NCBI RefSeq assembly: GCF_022539665.2
Contig: NC_081332.1
Coordinates: 2,976,001-3,040,000 of the forward strand
Length of the DNA stretch: 64,000 bases
Direction of reading: 5' to 3'
Source: Daphnia carinata
Taxonomy: Eukaryota
Part shown: piece after piece, positions 40,801 to 51,400 of the stretch
How positions within the stretch are numbered: the first letter of the stretch is position 1
Layout of the letters: each line of letters begins with the position of its first letter
The notes under the pieces: model-generated
What the model saw: the letters and a program-made list of their open reading frames with translations, nothing else
Told to the model about the DNA's origin: nothing
Database searches by the model: none
Made by a program: the position numbers and the translations under genes

Positions 40801-42680
40801 ATAAACCATCCATCTATCCATCGGAGGGCCAAGAAAAAGAAGGGAATCTGTGGTATACAATATACATATGGGATGAGGAAGGAGGGGGGGGGGGGAATTG
40901 GTAAGCAGAAGCAAAAGGGCAGAGAGAGCTTGGGGCTTTTTTTCGCTGTTGGATGGCAGCATGATTTTCAATCGACTTGATTGTTTTCCATCACGAAGGG
41001 CGGGCCCCAGAGAACCAACTCGACCGAAAGGGGCCCAACAGCGCGCAACCAGCTTGAAATCAATCGGCACCCTCGTAAAGAATCCCCCAAGTTTTTTTTT
41101 TTTCCCTTGGCCAGGGCTCTCTTGTGGCCGTGAATAAATTATGCCATATAACCCCCCCGCTCAAAAAAAAGCTAATAAGGCTAGAGAGATTTTTCTTTTT
41201 CCAGATTTATGAATAATGAGGACCATCGATTAAGAATTCAGCCAAAAAAGTGAAAAGTCTACAAAAAAAAAAATATGGGAGAGAAGAAAACCCCTTTTTC
41301 GGATGGCCGTTAAGATGCTCGTAAATCAGACAAACATTTTTCAGGCGGAGGTTCAAAACTTTCTTGTTTGTTTTATTCCTTTTTCTTTTAAGGTAAAAGA
41401 AAAAAAAACTGTTGATCAAACAAGAAGAAAAAAAAACGCAGTGTGTGTGTACCGCAGGGAGAGAAAGAAACCCAGAGAAACCGTAGGGGGTAGGTGCCAA
41501 AGTGCCGAGACCCCCTCATTCCGTGAATGCAAACGTGGTGGCGCGCGAAGGGTTTCGACTTTCCGACACCATCTCTCCGTCACTCTTTTCTTCCATCATC
41601 CACTCAACATTTTCTTTTTTTTTTTTGTTGCCCTATACCTGTCCTTTTTTTTTTAACTTCTCCTGTGTGTGTTTTTCATGATTTCCCCACAGAATATATA
41701 TATATATACGCACCTATAAAAGAAAAAAAAAAGGGCATGTCGCTCCGACGACTAACAAGTCAAAAAAAAAAAAAAACCTGCCCGACTAGACGGATAAAAC
41801 TTTTAAAAGAAAAAATCTTAGGAAAACGTCTAGCAAAAGTTGGGCCAGGTGCTTATTCTTTTTCGCCATAAACGTCAAGAGTTGGGCACTTCTCGATGAC
41901 ATTTGATTCCCAAACCCAACGCGTTGCACAAAAGCTTTAAAAATGATAGCCCAAAATGTCGATAGGCATCTCTTCGACAACGAAACCGTGTTTTCCTATC
42001 TGTATAACACGACTTTTAAGAAAGAAAAAAAGAGCGACAGTTGTAATAAGAGGGAAACAAACAAACAAAAGCTGTTAACTCGATTCATCATCATTTTCAC
42101 GGAACAGTCAAAACAGCCAGAGTCCCGGACACCCACCCATTGAGAAAGAGGTGAGCTCTGTGTGTGTGGTGTTGGTGGGCGTCGGTAGGAGAGAAAATAA
42201 CGTCCATAGAACGGGGGGAGAAAAGGGAGGGAGAGAATGTTTGGAGAGAAAGAGACACCCACAAAGTCCCACAAGGCGTTCAGGGGCAGGCAGGCATCAC
42301 ACAAAATGGCCGGTAATTACAGGTGTGTGTGTGTACAGACGCGCCACAGGGTAACTTTATGGGTGATGATGTCTCTATTGTACAAGAATAACTTTTTGTC
42401 TGAGGGTACCGGTGGTGGAGACAAGTCAACTTTCCGTGTGTGTGTGTGCGCTATGCAAAGTAGGCGAGGAAAACGCAGGTGGTAGACAACAAGAATTTTT
42501 TTTTCTTTCGGAGAATAAATTGCGTCTAATGATGACACACGGTTCTGCGGTCTACGGCGGAAGTTGTCCATAAACAATGACAACAAGATCTGTATATCCC
42601 CCTTTGTTTCATAAAACCCGCGCCAAACTCATTTGAATATTTCAACTAAAGAAGGAAAAGATTCAAGATGTGACACTTAC

Positions 42681-42834
42681 GAAGCCGTGCTTGTCCGAGA
42701 TGTTGTTGGTCAATTTGAGTTTGTGGAAGGAGACGACTTTCTGCATCCACTGTTCACCCGTTGCCGGACTGTCTGGATGAATGTACATCCGTTTCGGCAT
42801 CTCCGGATCCGCTTTGCCGGCAACCATCCAACGG
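42681..42834 (-). CDS. omb: omb coding exon 3 (T-box: [52 protein letters not shown])
   Basis: Acceptor AAAAG|C CGT TGG; donor GGC TTC|GTAAGT; 154 nt; matches the Tbx2/3 T-box as I recall it. Confidence 0.95.
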
Positions 42835-42897
42835 CTTTTTAAAAAAGACAAATTGATATCAAGACAAATCTTTGGGTCAGAACGTGAGAAAACAAAC

Positions 42898-43011
42898 CTG
42901 TTGTGGAATTTATATCGGTAGTCGTCTGCAGCCACAATGTCCAGCAAGAGAATGTACTTGGATTTCGGATCGAGTCCAGACACACGGAATTTCATTTGCG
43001 GAAACATTTGC
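42898..43011 (-). CDS. omb: omb coding exon 2 (T-box: [38 protein letters not shown])
   Basis: Acceptor TTTAG|G CAA ATG; donor AAC AG|GTTTGT; 114 nt; classic T-box residues. Confidence 0.95.
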
Positions 43012-45966
43012 CTAAATGTTTAAAAATACATACATTATAGACAGCGACTGATTTTCATGGGAATCAAACTACTGTACGAATAGAGGGGGAAGATTCTTTT
43101 GTTGTACCATACGAAACTGATGATCCTTGTAATCCCTTAGTGCTCTATCTTCTAACCTACCCTCATTCAAAGCTACTCGAAAAATCAGGCAAGCAGACTA
43201 CCTATGCTGTTTCGAGTGGCAGAGGGGGACACACATTTCGTCCGTTATTGTATAGCCGGTGAAAAACATGTCAAAGCGCGTTTTGTTGGCCGCGACAAGA
43301 CGGCCAACAAGAGGGGGGCCACCTTCAATAGACGCTGCAGAGAGAGAGAGAGACATCGCAACGGTGGCATCTGACAATAAAGAAGCGCACAGAGTTGCGA
43401 GCCAGGTACATAACAACAAAATGTTTAAAGCTCTCAAGTCGTATTTAGACGTGTATCTATATAAAGAGAAAAGAGCTTTCATCTATTTCTATGGCTGATA
43501 ACAAATAGAAGAAGAGTATCTCTCTCATCTCATTCAATAAATGTCTCGCGGCTGTCTCATCGCATCTCCTTCCGGTCTGTCGGGTTTGGCTGCTTCTCGT
43601 CTCTCTGTGTACGTTTTTGTCTTGTTTGAATAGCCGCGCCGCCGCCTTCATCCAGTCGACTGTTATGTGCGTAGGTATAAGGTTTCTTGTGGCGGCGGCA
43701 CCTCTTTTGTTTCCGATTTTCTTTTTTTGCTTTACAAAATAAAATTCCCCCCTTTTTTTTCGAATTGTTTGAATGTGACGGAACTGAAAATCGGCCAATC
43801 ATTGAACGTCTCAACGAACGAATAGCAAACACGATGGCGCAGTACCGCGGACTCTGGGGCCTAAAACATTTTTTTGAAAAACCAACAACTCACCCGAGAA
43901 ACTCTTTTTCTCTCGGCTCATTATGCCTCATTAGCCATGCAAATGGTCGAAGAGAAATGTTTCCTACTTGGAATGGGCAGAGAAACCCGAAAAAAAAAAT
44001 CGAAGGAAACGTGCACAGAGCGTACCTCTTCTCTTTTTCACACCGTTGACCAGACACACACACAGGGCCCTTATTCTTTTCTCTCCCGGCTATTATTTCG
44101 ACGTGTCTAACAAGCTCACGACCCCTTTGCTCGTGTACACCGTCTTGTGTGTGTGTGTGTGTGTCGCTTTGTTTCCGTTAAGGCTTAGCGCGGCTCCATT
44201 TCCTTTGATTTTTCCCTATCCCCTCCTCCACCCCGATATTTTTAAAAAAGATGTAATTTTCACGAACGATTTATCAGTGATCGATCACGATGCCAAAATT
44301 GCGGTTCTTACCTCAAAAAAAAAAAATGAAACCTAAATTTTTTTAAGTAAAAAAAAAAAACTTGTGGGGATACAATCAAATATTGATTTAGAGTATGTGG
44401 TGGTTGTCCGTGATTTAGCAGCCGGCGCAATTTTCTGTGCCACAAGAAACATGGAATTTGATAACATCGCACCATGGCAATGATTTATTTTTATTCACAT
44501 CTACAGCAAGCCCTTTTCATGTCTGGGTTAAAAACAAAAAGAAGATCCAACAACCATTTGACCGGCGTGAATCGCGCGTGCGCCGACATCCACCCCACCC
44601 CCCGTGGATACGTTTCTTACAAGCGACAGTCCACTTCACAACGAGGAAAAATATGATTTTCTCAGTTACGAAAATACGACGACAGTTTCCTCTTTTTATT
44701 CGTCCCTTCAATCAAAATGGTTTTAAGTACGAACGAGATTTTTCATTGATAAAAACATGAAAATTCAAACATCATCTTTTTCGTGAATCATCCGAGTGTG
44801 TTTATACCCGTCATGGGCCATGTCCACAAATTTATTATGAAATGTTTTTTCGACTCTCTGACGATGTAGAAATGCGTAAAGGATTTCTCGAGTTTTCCCT
44901 CCTCCTCAAAAAAAGATTAACTTGGCAATGACTTGGCGAAAAAAGAAAACAAGTCAGATCTTTTATCGCATCGTCTATTTTCTCTACACACATCGCTTTG
45001 TTTCTTCTGTCCACTATTTACCGAAAAAAAAAAGGGAACAAGCCTACTACCTGACTCGGGGCATCTGGCTACTTTAAACGTATGTATCGAGTACATACGG
45101 GGCTAAAGGAAAACCCTCAATGGCGCCAGTCTTGGCCGTATTCTAAAAAAAAAACACACCCACTGGACATTGAGACACCTTATTTCCAGTGCCTCTCCCC
45201 TACACATCTGATTGCCCTGGTCCTTTTTAATATTTTTCATAGATACGACGATGTTAGTATTTATACCTACACCTACACCCAGAAAAGTCTATACTTATAT
45301 ATATCGAGCAAGACGAAGAGTCAGAAGGGACGAGGGGGATAGTCTTTACTGCACCCCCTCATGTCACTACAACTAGACGCTCCGTATAGGCCTAATTTCT
45401 TTTTCTCCCTTGGTTTCTTCCTGCGACCGATCCACCAGAGGCCTTCCGAGCTGTCGCGACTCGGGAGGGTGGGCTGGCGCCAGTCGCCATTTTTCTTTTT
45501 TTCCCCTTAAACATTATATGATATACAATATCTTTTTTTTTTTTTGGCTTGTTCACAGAGGGTGGGTTGTCGTTGATTCTCAGAGAAATTGATCTTTGCC
45601 TATTTGAAGCAATGATTTAACTTGCAAAACGCTAGAGGCAATTTAGCTATTGACCTATTGATGAATTATTCGATAGGAAATAACTCAAAGAAGGGGAGAA
45701 GAAAGAAAATCCCGTCGGGAGTGTTACAAAAAAAAAGCGAGAGCAGGAAATCCTCCCAATTTTCACCCCGCGTTCGTTTCGTGCCGACTCCTCCTCTTTA
45801 ACACTTATCTCCCCATTTTCCATGTGTGTGTTTTCTCGAATGTAAAACATACAAGTACACGATAGCAGGTCAGGAATCTCTAGCAATGCTCGACACTGAT
45901 ACGCTAAAACGCTACGTCCTTAAACTAACGATTGAAATTCGAAAATTAATCATTCCCAATTTTTAC

Positions 45967-46736
45967 CTGCCGGATTTGGTGATGACCATTTCGGTGCCGA
46001 GACCGTGGAATTTCTCCCACAAGTCTTTGGATTCGAGACTGACTTTGGGATCGTCGGTGACTCCGTCGTCTTCGACGGCGGGTAACGTACGGAGCGGCCG
46101 GAGGTGTTGGGCGGCGGCAGCGGCGGCGGCAGCGGCCGAGGCCAAAACGTCTTCGGCCGTGGTGTACGGATGAGGGAAACGGACTGAGGCCGGATGGGCG
46201 GCTAAAAGGGACGATGTTGCCGCATTGTAGGCCGACAATTGAGCCATGCTAACGCTAACTGGATTGGGTATTGAAGACGGGCCTATAGCTCCCGATCCAG
46301 CGGGAGAACTGGACGCCACAGCGGCCGAAGACGACGAAGAATTAGCGCTATTATTGTTGTTGTTGTTGGAACCGACAGCCGACGGGGGCGAATGGGCTCG
46401 CATGGCGGCGTGAGCGGCCGCAGCTGCGGCCAACGCGGCCACGGCTGCCGATTGAACGGAATTGCTGGAAGGAGGTGAGGTGAGTGCGTTGTTTCGATCG
46501 GCACTGTTGAACTGGTGGTGTTGTTGTTGAGATGCCGTCAAGAGAGAACTGACGCTGAAATCGGAAGGCCGACCACTAGTGCCACCACTACCGCCGCTGC
46601 TTCCATTGCCACCACTGCCGCCAGTCGTCTGATGCGAAAGGTGGTGATGATGATGCTGTTGCAACAGGAAAGGATGGAAAGCCATCTCGGATTGCGAGAA
46701 CAGCTGATTGACTTGCTCTCCCTGTTCGAAACGCAT
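45967..46736 (-). CDS. omb: omb coding exon 1: N-terminus with MAFHPF and eh1-like motif, low-complexity tracts, start of T-box
   Basis: Within ORF 45963..46805. The first ATG is at 46736 (MRFEQ...) and a second in-frame ATG at 46685 (MAFHPF). The exon ends ...ITKSG-AG|GTAAAA (phase 2 donor). The start codon choice is less certain than the 3' boundary. Confidence 0.9.
46539..46559 (-). other. eh1-like Groucho/TLE-interaction motif FSVSSLL
   Basis: Resembles the eh1 pattern FxIxxIL and sits in the RPxDF context typical of Tbx2/3/Omb N-termini. Function inferred from family knowledge. Confidence 0.75.
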
Positions 46737-47279
46737 TTGGAGCGCGAGGCTATGCAGCGTGCTGCTTTTCGCCTTCTTCTTTTGGATTGTGGTCGCAATA
46801 GTCACGGCAGTTGATCAATCCTGCACAAACTTGCAACCTTTTTTCTTAAAAACTCTAAAACACCACTATTTCGCAAGACACACACACGGAAAATTGAGCA
46901 CTTTGGGGGAGGGTAAAATCACCAGCACTTTTAATTTTTGAAGACTAAATATAGTTCAATTCGTGAGAAAACAGTTCACTAGTTAACGATGCACCTCAAT
47001 CACTGAATCGCACTACCACCAAAAATTGTAGAGAAAAAACTCGAAAATGATAGCCGCCTAGGATCAACGTTTGCTCGCCACGAGGCAAACTTGCCTCAGT
47101 CAATGTACAAGTCAACTAAAGACGACAGACCCATTCTCGAAATGGAAAAACGTGTCAAGTTTCAAACTGTCGTTTGTGTTTCGTGTAAAAGTTTTTCGAC
47201 TTTGTGTAAACGTGTAAAATAAAACGGATGAAAACGTGTCGTTTAATGGCCACTGGTGTACGCGAGCAGCTAGCTCCAC

Positions 47280-47650
47280 CACCATCAGAACAGCAACTGA
47301 GCCAGAGGCCAGTCCAACCAGCCAAGAGAGAGGCAGGCAAGGAGGTAGGGTGGGGAGGTAGAAGGTGTTGACTGTGTGGTGTGTGATGGTTGGTGATGGG
47401 CATCAGCACCCGACGGGAGAAAATAGGAGAAGAAGGAGGTGTGCAGAGGAGAGAAGGGAGGAAGGGTGTTGGATGTCCACACGGCCGTGAAGCACCACCA
47501 AGTGAAGCCCGGGCGCGCCGAAGCCGACACTAGCGCCGACACCGCTTTGGCGAGGGCTTTAATGTTGTACCAACGGAGATTGGTCGACCCATCGCGGCCA
47601 CATCCAATCGCCTTCGTCCTCTTTTCGTCTTTCGCCACCTCCCCTCCCAC
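47280..47650 (-). promoter_or_regulatory. Candidate omb promoter region
   Basis: GC-rich island 0.55-0.9 kb upstream of the ATG. It has an Inr-consensus TCAGTT on the minus strand (47295-47300) and two opposed CCAAT boxes (47579-47583, 47604-47608). No DPE match at +28, so the TSS is not established. Confidence 0.3.
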
Positions 47651-48456
47651 CCACCTACAAAAAACACCTCCTCTTTTCTTCTTTTATTTTTCTACCCAAC
47701 ACCACCCACCGAAACAGAGGGGTGGCAAAATATAAATAAAAACGAAACAAAAAAAAAAATAATAAAAGACTCAAGTCCGGCAACGTTGTTGGAAACAGCA
47801 CCAAAGTGTCCGCCGTTTGTGTGCGTGTGTGGGAGGGAAATGAAAATGGACGACGCTTCCAGTGTACTGGGTGGGCGATGGCGGGAGGAGTCGTCACATC
47901 GAAAGAGGGAAAAAAAATGGCCAAAAACAAAAATCAGGAGGAATTGAACGGCGGGGTGCTCAAATTCACGCACGACAAGCGCACCACCTTTTTATTTCCA
48001 AGCACAGCTTGAACTTGGTTATTGAATTTTTATTTGTTGTAATGTTTTTCTCTTTGTTTTCAAAAAAGAACGCCGCAGTTCTCTCATCTACTCATAAAAC
48101 CGTGAACAACAAGACAACTCGAGTCAAACACTTGATGACCTTGGATATTTTTTCAAAAAAAAACTAATCGTCATCTTTTATTTTTTGCATTCTCGGACGA
48201 CCTTGAACGATTTGGAGACGAATGTTGCAACTTGGAGGAAGGGTGACAAAAGAAAAAGTTTGTTTTCCTTTGTTTCCTTAATTATTCATTATTCAAATGT
48301 TTTGCACCTTGGACGTTTCGCGCCGAAATATTTTCGCGTTTTTCGCGCGCATGCGCTTCACACAAAAACAACAACGACAGCAGAAGCTGAAGGTCGCGGC
48401 GCGGATGGGCTAAAGGACCGGGTGTTTGAGCGACGACGACCGTCCAAGACTGGCGA

Positions 48457-48471
48457 AGACCGCCAGGCGCC
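48457..48471 (-). promoter_or_regulatory. Smad composite element GGCGCC-N5-GTCT
   Basis: Minus strand reads GGCGCC TGGCG GTCT; 1.7 kb upstream of the omb ATG. Confidence 0.4.
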
Positions 48472-51400
48472 GCTGCTCACAACCCAGGGTGGCTCGGGCG
48501 GACACGGACGAACAGAAACAGGCGTCTATGTGTCATCCCATAGCGGCGGCGTTGGCGATGGAGTGTCGTGTGACTTGCAGACGCCTCCCCTCCTCCCTTT
48601 TTTTTTCTTTTTTTTTTTCTTTTTCGGTCATCCCACGGGGGTCTCAATCGTGTCGACCAATAGGTTCCATAGTTGCCACATTTAGAGGCGGAGTCTGGGG
48701 CGGAGCCTTTGATTTTTGTTGGACCCTCCGTGCAGTCCCTTGAATCTAGTCGACACTCTACCGAGAGAGGGCCAGACAGTCGGACCGGATGCGAGTTGGC
48801 TACTTGTAAAGACCCCATTCGTGGCGCTAATTCACTCTCGCCTTCCTCGCAACGATTACTCGATTCGTCCGAAAAATAATTGATCTATCGCATCAGCTAA
48901 AGATCATTTATTACTGTTGTTGACTGATGATGTCTCTGCACCATCTACGAGAAATACGGATTGCCCGTTTGTACGTGGATTTCGTGTAGCAAGACGTCGG
49001 CCTTACGCCAGTCCGACTCGACGTGAAGATGAACTATTCGTTGGGTGCCAGGCCTCGATGAAAAACAAAAAAACTGGCAATGAATCACTCAACATGTCGC
49101 GCTCACGCGTGCTAGTATCCCTCTCGTTGTATTGAATAACAATCACTTTACACTATTGCAATTTTTTTTCAAAACACGTTATTGTGCGTACACATTTAAA
49201 GAAAATATATTTCGCCTTGAGATATTTTGAGATTTGAGTTGAGACGTAATCGAGCGGTCAATTTCGGCCCTGCCCACGGGTTCGCGTATTGATCCAGTCT
49301 TCCCCCCCCCCCCCCCGTCCATCTAGCAGACATACACACCCAGACTGGATAGTGGCAGGCCTTTATTCTTGTCTAAAAGAGACAGACCAATCTCTCTCGC
49401 TAAGATAAATACACAGACGAAGAGATGTTTTATTTTTCATGTTGCTATTTATTTTCACGTCAATCATAAATATAGATGGCGGTGATATATTACGGCAGGG
49501 TTGCATCATGTACACGCATGGTAGAACGTGAAGACGAACGGCAGTTAACATGGTTTCGTCACTGACACGAATCGATGATGAGTCCTATCGTACCTCCTTT
49601 TTTTCCTACGTTTATGCTGCACAATATGGAATCAATTCGCAATCAATGACCCTAAACATGGCCGCCAGGCACAATTCGATTGGCAAGCTTCAATCGATAT
49701 AGATTAGCAGTGTCTTGTTTGATTCCACTCTTGCACGAACATGATGTAATCCAGCTCCTCGATTTAGACTATTACGTCAACTATAAGGCCATCTTATTTA
49801 TATATATGTTTAGCCAAAATAGGACACGTCGGCTTTGCTACGAATTTTTTTTTGCGCCGTAGGCGGTTTACGTGACCTTCTCATATTGCATACAACGTAC
49901 ACAATAAATACGAAAGTGGCTCATCAAGAGAAACGCCGTTCGTCGTTTTCCGCACATTTGACGACTAACGACTGGGAGAAAAACATTTTTTCAATGTGAG
50001 TTTGTTAGTATTCCTTCTCAACCCTCTCTGGTATCATTTTTGAACCCCCCCCCCCCTCTTCAACATTGTCGATCTACTTTGTCTGTGGGGCTATACACAC
50101 AGTCACAAACGAAAATATTACGACGATAGCTGTAAGGGGGAGGGGGACTTTGGGGGTAGTAGGGGTAGGAGAAAGTCTTTCTTTTTTCCCATTAGTTTTC
50201 ATACCGGAAACGGTGCTGCTCCGATGGGTGCATATATATAGAGCTTGCAGCATGCAGCTAGCAAGACATTAGCATTTGAATAGCGACACGAGTATGACAC
50301 ACACATACGCCAAGCAAATGGCGTGATGGCTTCTTCTTTTTTGATTTGGTAAGAGCCCATCAGCAAGATCACCATCAAAGCCGACACATCCGACGGACAC
50401 GAGAAGAGAACCAGAAATTAGCATCAATATAATATTAGACTTTGGTATGCGCGTATCTCTTCCGTGTCTCTATGACTTCCTTCCGTCCGGTAATGCACAG
50501 GCGACGACGCAGCAGAAAGCCGACGCCTTCATCTCGGACCCTCTTCGTCAATTGAAATAGAATTTTTTTTTTTTTTTTTTTTGGGGTGGGGGGGGAATGT
50601 GATTGCAGCATGGGCAAAGCAATGGATTTCTAAGCTCATTTGCCCAGAGGGTAAACGAAATAAAAGATGAGTGCATTGTCGACAAAGTCAATTGGCCTCT
50701 TCCATAACTTTGAAATCCGATCAGCGCCGGATTACACAGGCTCATTGGCTTTGATTAGGCTGACCACGAAAAAATAAAAATGACCGACATCATCGAAGGG
50801 AGAAAATGAAACTTGCATTTGAAAATCATCACTTGTATTTGAACAGATGGTCTCGACGCTGTTGCCAAGTTTCCACCTCTTTCTCTCCTGAATCGTTTTC
50901 TTTATCGAAAAACATGTAAATTTATAGGGAAAGAGAGGGTTGATGTTGGGGGGCCCCTCACTCCCACATTTCTTGATCTATCTAATGTAATAAATCGATA
51001 CCTGTCTTTATTGTTTGTTGGTTGTTTTTTTTTTCTACCCCCTCCTTTTCAGTTTATCCATCAGTCGGCCTATCCCCCTTTTAGTCCAACAGATAAAAAA
51101 AAGAAAAAAAGGTGGAAATGCAGGAAGAGAGAGAGAGACGGATAACAAACATTTTCTTTCTCTCGTTTCTTTTCAGCGCTTCATTTTGCTTACCACCTCC
51201 CCTGGCCAAGACATTTCCATGAGAAAAATGAATTTCGTATCCTCGTGTGTTCGAGGGTGGTCGCGTCAATTGAAAACCAGCTGATGATAGTTTGCCCCAA
51301 CACACAAAAAATATGCATCCACGTCTCATTATTGTCGCATTGATACACACATGTGAGACAATGCGAAGGTTAGACCCATCAACAGCAAATACAGACAAAG

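Larger units (their letters stand above)
30899..46736 (-). other. omb: optomotor-blind / Tbx2/3-subfamily T-box gene, coding span (7 coding exons, ~985 aa)
   Basis: The spliced translation gives a complete Tbx2/3 T-box ([34 protein letters not shown]...[12 protein letters not shown]). It also has the subfamily motifs [23 protein letters not shown] and SDLKNMEKMINGLE. All six introns are GT-AG and phases join into one frame (770+114+154+147+77+353+1343 = 2958 nt). Confidence 0.96.

Noticed and set aside
47285..47735. ORFs in the GC-rich island upstream of omb as an extra exon or separate gene
   Set aside because: No recognisable similarity and no evident splice link; better explained as promoter or 5' UTR sequence.
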